From Octopus sinensis (Eukaryota), in the NCBI RefSeq assembly GCF_006345805.1, contig NC_042998.1, forward strand, positions 207,514,001-207,578,000: 64,000 bases of DNA, in the 5' to 3' direction. Both the position numbers and the translations under genes were made by a program. This document shows positions 60,809 to 64,000 of this stretch, one piece after another (within the stretch, counting starts at the first letter, position 1; each line of letters begins with the position of its first letter). Below the pieces are notes generated by a model. It made no database searches. It was given only the letters and a program-made list of their open reading frames with translations, and had not been told where the DNA came from.

Positions 60809-62248
60809 GTTAGTTCCTTTAAAAATTTGCTGGCTTTCTGATATTCAGCCCTTTGATACCAAAACCTCCTAAGTCCACCTCAGCTTCTTTGGCACAAACT
60901 TCTCAGTGATTGAAAGTCAGGCCTTCCATCAAAATGTCATGTTAATTTTTTAAGCAAACGCTACCCTAACCCTTTTGTTACAACCCGGCTGAAACCTGCT
61001 CTGGCTCTGAGTATGAATGAGGACAGCTAAAGAAGTGCCAATCACTGAAAGTGGATGGTATCTATGGAAGAATAGGGTGGTGAGCTGGCAGAATCGTTAG
61101 CACGCCGGGCAAATTGCTTAGCGGTATTTTGTCTGCTGTTATGTTCTGAGTTCAAATTCTGCCGAGGTCGACTTTGCCTTTCATCCTTTCGGGGTCGATT
61201 AAATAAGTACCAGTTACGCACTGGGGTCGATATAATCGACTTAATCCGTTTGTCTGTCCTTGTTTGTCCTCTCTGTATTTAGCCCCTTGTGGGTAGTAAA
61301 GAAATAGGTATCGATGGAAGAAGGAGACCCAGGAAGACATGGGATTAAGTGGTAAGAACCGATCCCAGAACGTTGGGTCTCATGGCACAGCTTCTGTCAA
61401 ACTGTGCCACCCATGCCAGCATCGAAGGTAGATGTAAAACGATGATGATGATGCTGATGATGAAGGGTGATGTTGACTGCCTTTCATCCCTTCAGGGTCA
61501 ATAATATAAGTACCAGTTAAACACAGGGGTCAATGTGATGAACTAAGCCCCTCACCCTGAAATTGCTGGCCTTGTGCCAAATTTTGAAACCAATATTATA
61601 AGTACCTTTTTAAGGTAGCAAGATGGCAGATTCGTTAGCACACCAGGCAAAATGCTTGGTGGAATTTCAACCACCTTTATGTTCTGAGTTCAAATTCCGC
61701 CAGAAGCAACTTTACCTTTCATCCTTTCAGGGTCATAAAATAAATACTGTTTTACTTTGGGGGTCAGCCTAATCGGATTACCCCTTCACCAAACATGCTG
61801 GCCTTTTGCCAAAATTCAAAGCCATTATTATGAGTTCTTTGAATATAAGGAAAAACTCTGATAGGTGCTTTTTATCATCATCATCATCATCATCATCATC
61901 GTCATTTAACGCCCGCTTTCCATGCTGGCATGGGCTGGACGGTTTGACTGGGGACTGTCAAGCCAGGAGGCTGCAGCAGGCTCCAATCTGATTTGGCAAG
62001 GTTTCTACAGCTGGATGCCCTTCCTAATGCCAACCACTCTGAGAGTGTAGTGGGTGCTTTTACATGCCACCGGCACGAGGGACAGTCAGGTGGTTCTGGC
62101 AATGACCACACTCAAAAAGTGTTTTTTATGTGCTAGCTGCATGGGAGCCAGTCCGGTGACACTTGCAACGACCATGCTCGAATCTTACTTTTCACATGCC
62201 ACATGGAATTTTCATCAAACTGATATATAAACCTTTCTCTGTTGCCAG

Positions 62249-62352
62249 GTTCTGTTTCCAAGAGTTTTCCAAAAGCCAAAACTAAAGAGGCGAAGAAAGC
62301 ATTCTCAGCGGAATCTTTGGTAGGAATCGAAGACTATGTCAGTACAAAACAG
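62249..62352 (+). CDS. VWA3A: exon 21 (GSVSKSFPKAKTKEAKKAFSAESLVGIEDYVSTKQ)
   Basis: TTGCCAG| ... CAG|GTAATG; phase fits exon 20; little homology support. Confidence 0.72.
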
Positions 62353-62545
62353 GTAATGACTGGTTTGTGGTATGTTATACACAATATATAAATATGTAAT
62401 GCCACATGTAAAATACTCCATGTTGTATCACCACCACCAACCCATCATCTTTTAATGTCCGTTGTCCAAAATATAGCTATATTCTATGTTATATATATTG
62501 TAATATATAACATTATATGTAAAATGTTATGTATTGTATGCTACA

Positions 62546-62588
<43 letters not shown>

Positions 62589-62850
62589 ACATATCTATAT
62601 AAATATATACATATCTATATAAATATATATATAAGTAAATAGGATAAAATATTTTTCGAGAAAAAAACTTTATCAATGGCCAGCATATCAAAAAATACCT
62701 TTAAAGGTTAAATTTATAAATAATTTACAAAATAAGGGCAAAAGAAAAATTCTAATGCCAAATATGCTGAAAAAAAAAACAAAATTGTCAATAACCATTA
62801 TAATTTATGCATCTCGAAACAAACCGATAGAAATTTCTAAAAAATCCGTT

Positions 62851-62913
62851 ATTACCATATTGGTCCCAATTTCGGGGTTAATTCATAAGAATTTTCCCCT
62901 CTTCAGCGATAAA
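62851..62913 (-). ncRNA. type I hammerhead ribozyme, same family as the 29.8/30.0-kb pair
   Basis: UUAUCG CUGAAGA GGGG[18]CCCC GAAA UUGGGACCAA UA UGGUAA; flanked by ~140-bp inverted repeats (~62680-62835 and ~62985-63105). Confidence 0.78.
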
Positions 62914-63166
62914 TATGTGAGATATAAATGAAATACTTACTCATACCCATGGAAAAAGCAAGCACTAAGCCCTGGCAGGAAATTTCTATCGGTTTGTTTC
63001 GAGACGCATAAATTATAATGGTTATTGACAATTTTGTCTTTTTTCCAGCATATTTGGCATTAGAATTTTTCTTTTGCCCTTATTTTGTAAATTATTTATA
63101 TAAGTAAATATATATATATATATATATACATCTATCCCTTAGATGGTTTAAACACCTCTGACTTAC

Positions 63167-63202
<36 letters not shown>

Positions 63203-63863
63203 CCTTGGATCATAGGGCGACCTGTGTGCTTGAGGAAACCTATTGAGTCAAGTACATCAACATAAAATAAAAATCAATGGATATTGTAGTTGTGATACCT
63301 GTGCCAGTGGCATGTTGGGCCTCACACAGGCAATGATGAAAGACCGATACCTCTGAGATATGCTGTGACTGCTAAGACCCAACAAATGAAGTGAGTTCAT
63401 ACCTCGCAGGACGGCCTGCTGGGCTAACCTTGGATCGTAGGGTGACATGTTGTGCTTGTGGAGACCTATTGAGTCAAGTACATCAACATCAACATCAAAA
63501 TAAAAATCAAATGGAAATTGTAGTTGTGATACCCATGCCGGTGGCATGTAAAAAGCACCATTCGAACGAAGCACCACCTGACTGGCGTCTGTATCAGTGA
63601 CATGTAAAAAGCACCAACCGATCGCGACCGTTTGCCAGCCTTCCCTGGCCCCTGTGCCGGTGGCACGTAAAAAGCACCCACTACACTCATGGAGTGGTTG
63701 GCATTAGGAAGGGCATCCAGCTGTAGAAACACTGCCAGATCACATTGGGGCCTGGTGCAGCCTTCTGGATTCCCAGACCCTGGTCAAACAGTCCAACCCA
63801 TGCTAGCACGGAAAACGGACGTTAAATGATGATGATGATGATGATGATATATGTGTATATATA

Positions 63864-63902
<39 letters not shown>

Positions 63903-63959
63903 TCATGATGATGATGACTAACAACGATGATAGCAATATCAATGGTGACGACTATGAGA

Positions 63960-64000
<41 letters not shown>

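Overview
Repeat-dense eukaryotic (animal) genomic DNA. The SINE-like repeat families and heavy microsatellite load match my recollection of Octopus genomes; this species call is an inference, not a database result. One large + strand gene spans most of the window. I read 21 phase-compatible GT-AG coding exons (10561-62352, 2919 nt = 973 codons, open at the 3' end) encoding a VWA3A-like protein with an N-terminal Trp/Pro/Ser repeat extension. The introns hold tRNA-derived SINEs, RTE-related elements, fragments of Tx1/L1, CR1 and R4/Dong LINEs, a mariner remnant, MITEs, Helitron-like copies and very long microsatellites. The main unannotated signal is a set of type I hammerhead ribozyme motifs: 10 reasonably clear copies (intact, variant or decayed) from about 8 sequence families, plus 2 doubtful remnants. 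One complete ribozyme sits at the apex of a ~425-nt rod-like inverted-repeat element in intron 3, and a mirror-image pair (one per strand) lies in intron 6. A Tx1-type LINE also shares its 3' tail hairpin with an abundant SINE. Almost all ORFs in the supplied track are microsatellite or SINE artefacts. Exon and ribozyme coordinates were counted by hand; repeat boundaries are approximate, and reference-protein comparisons are from memory.
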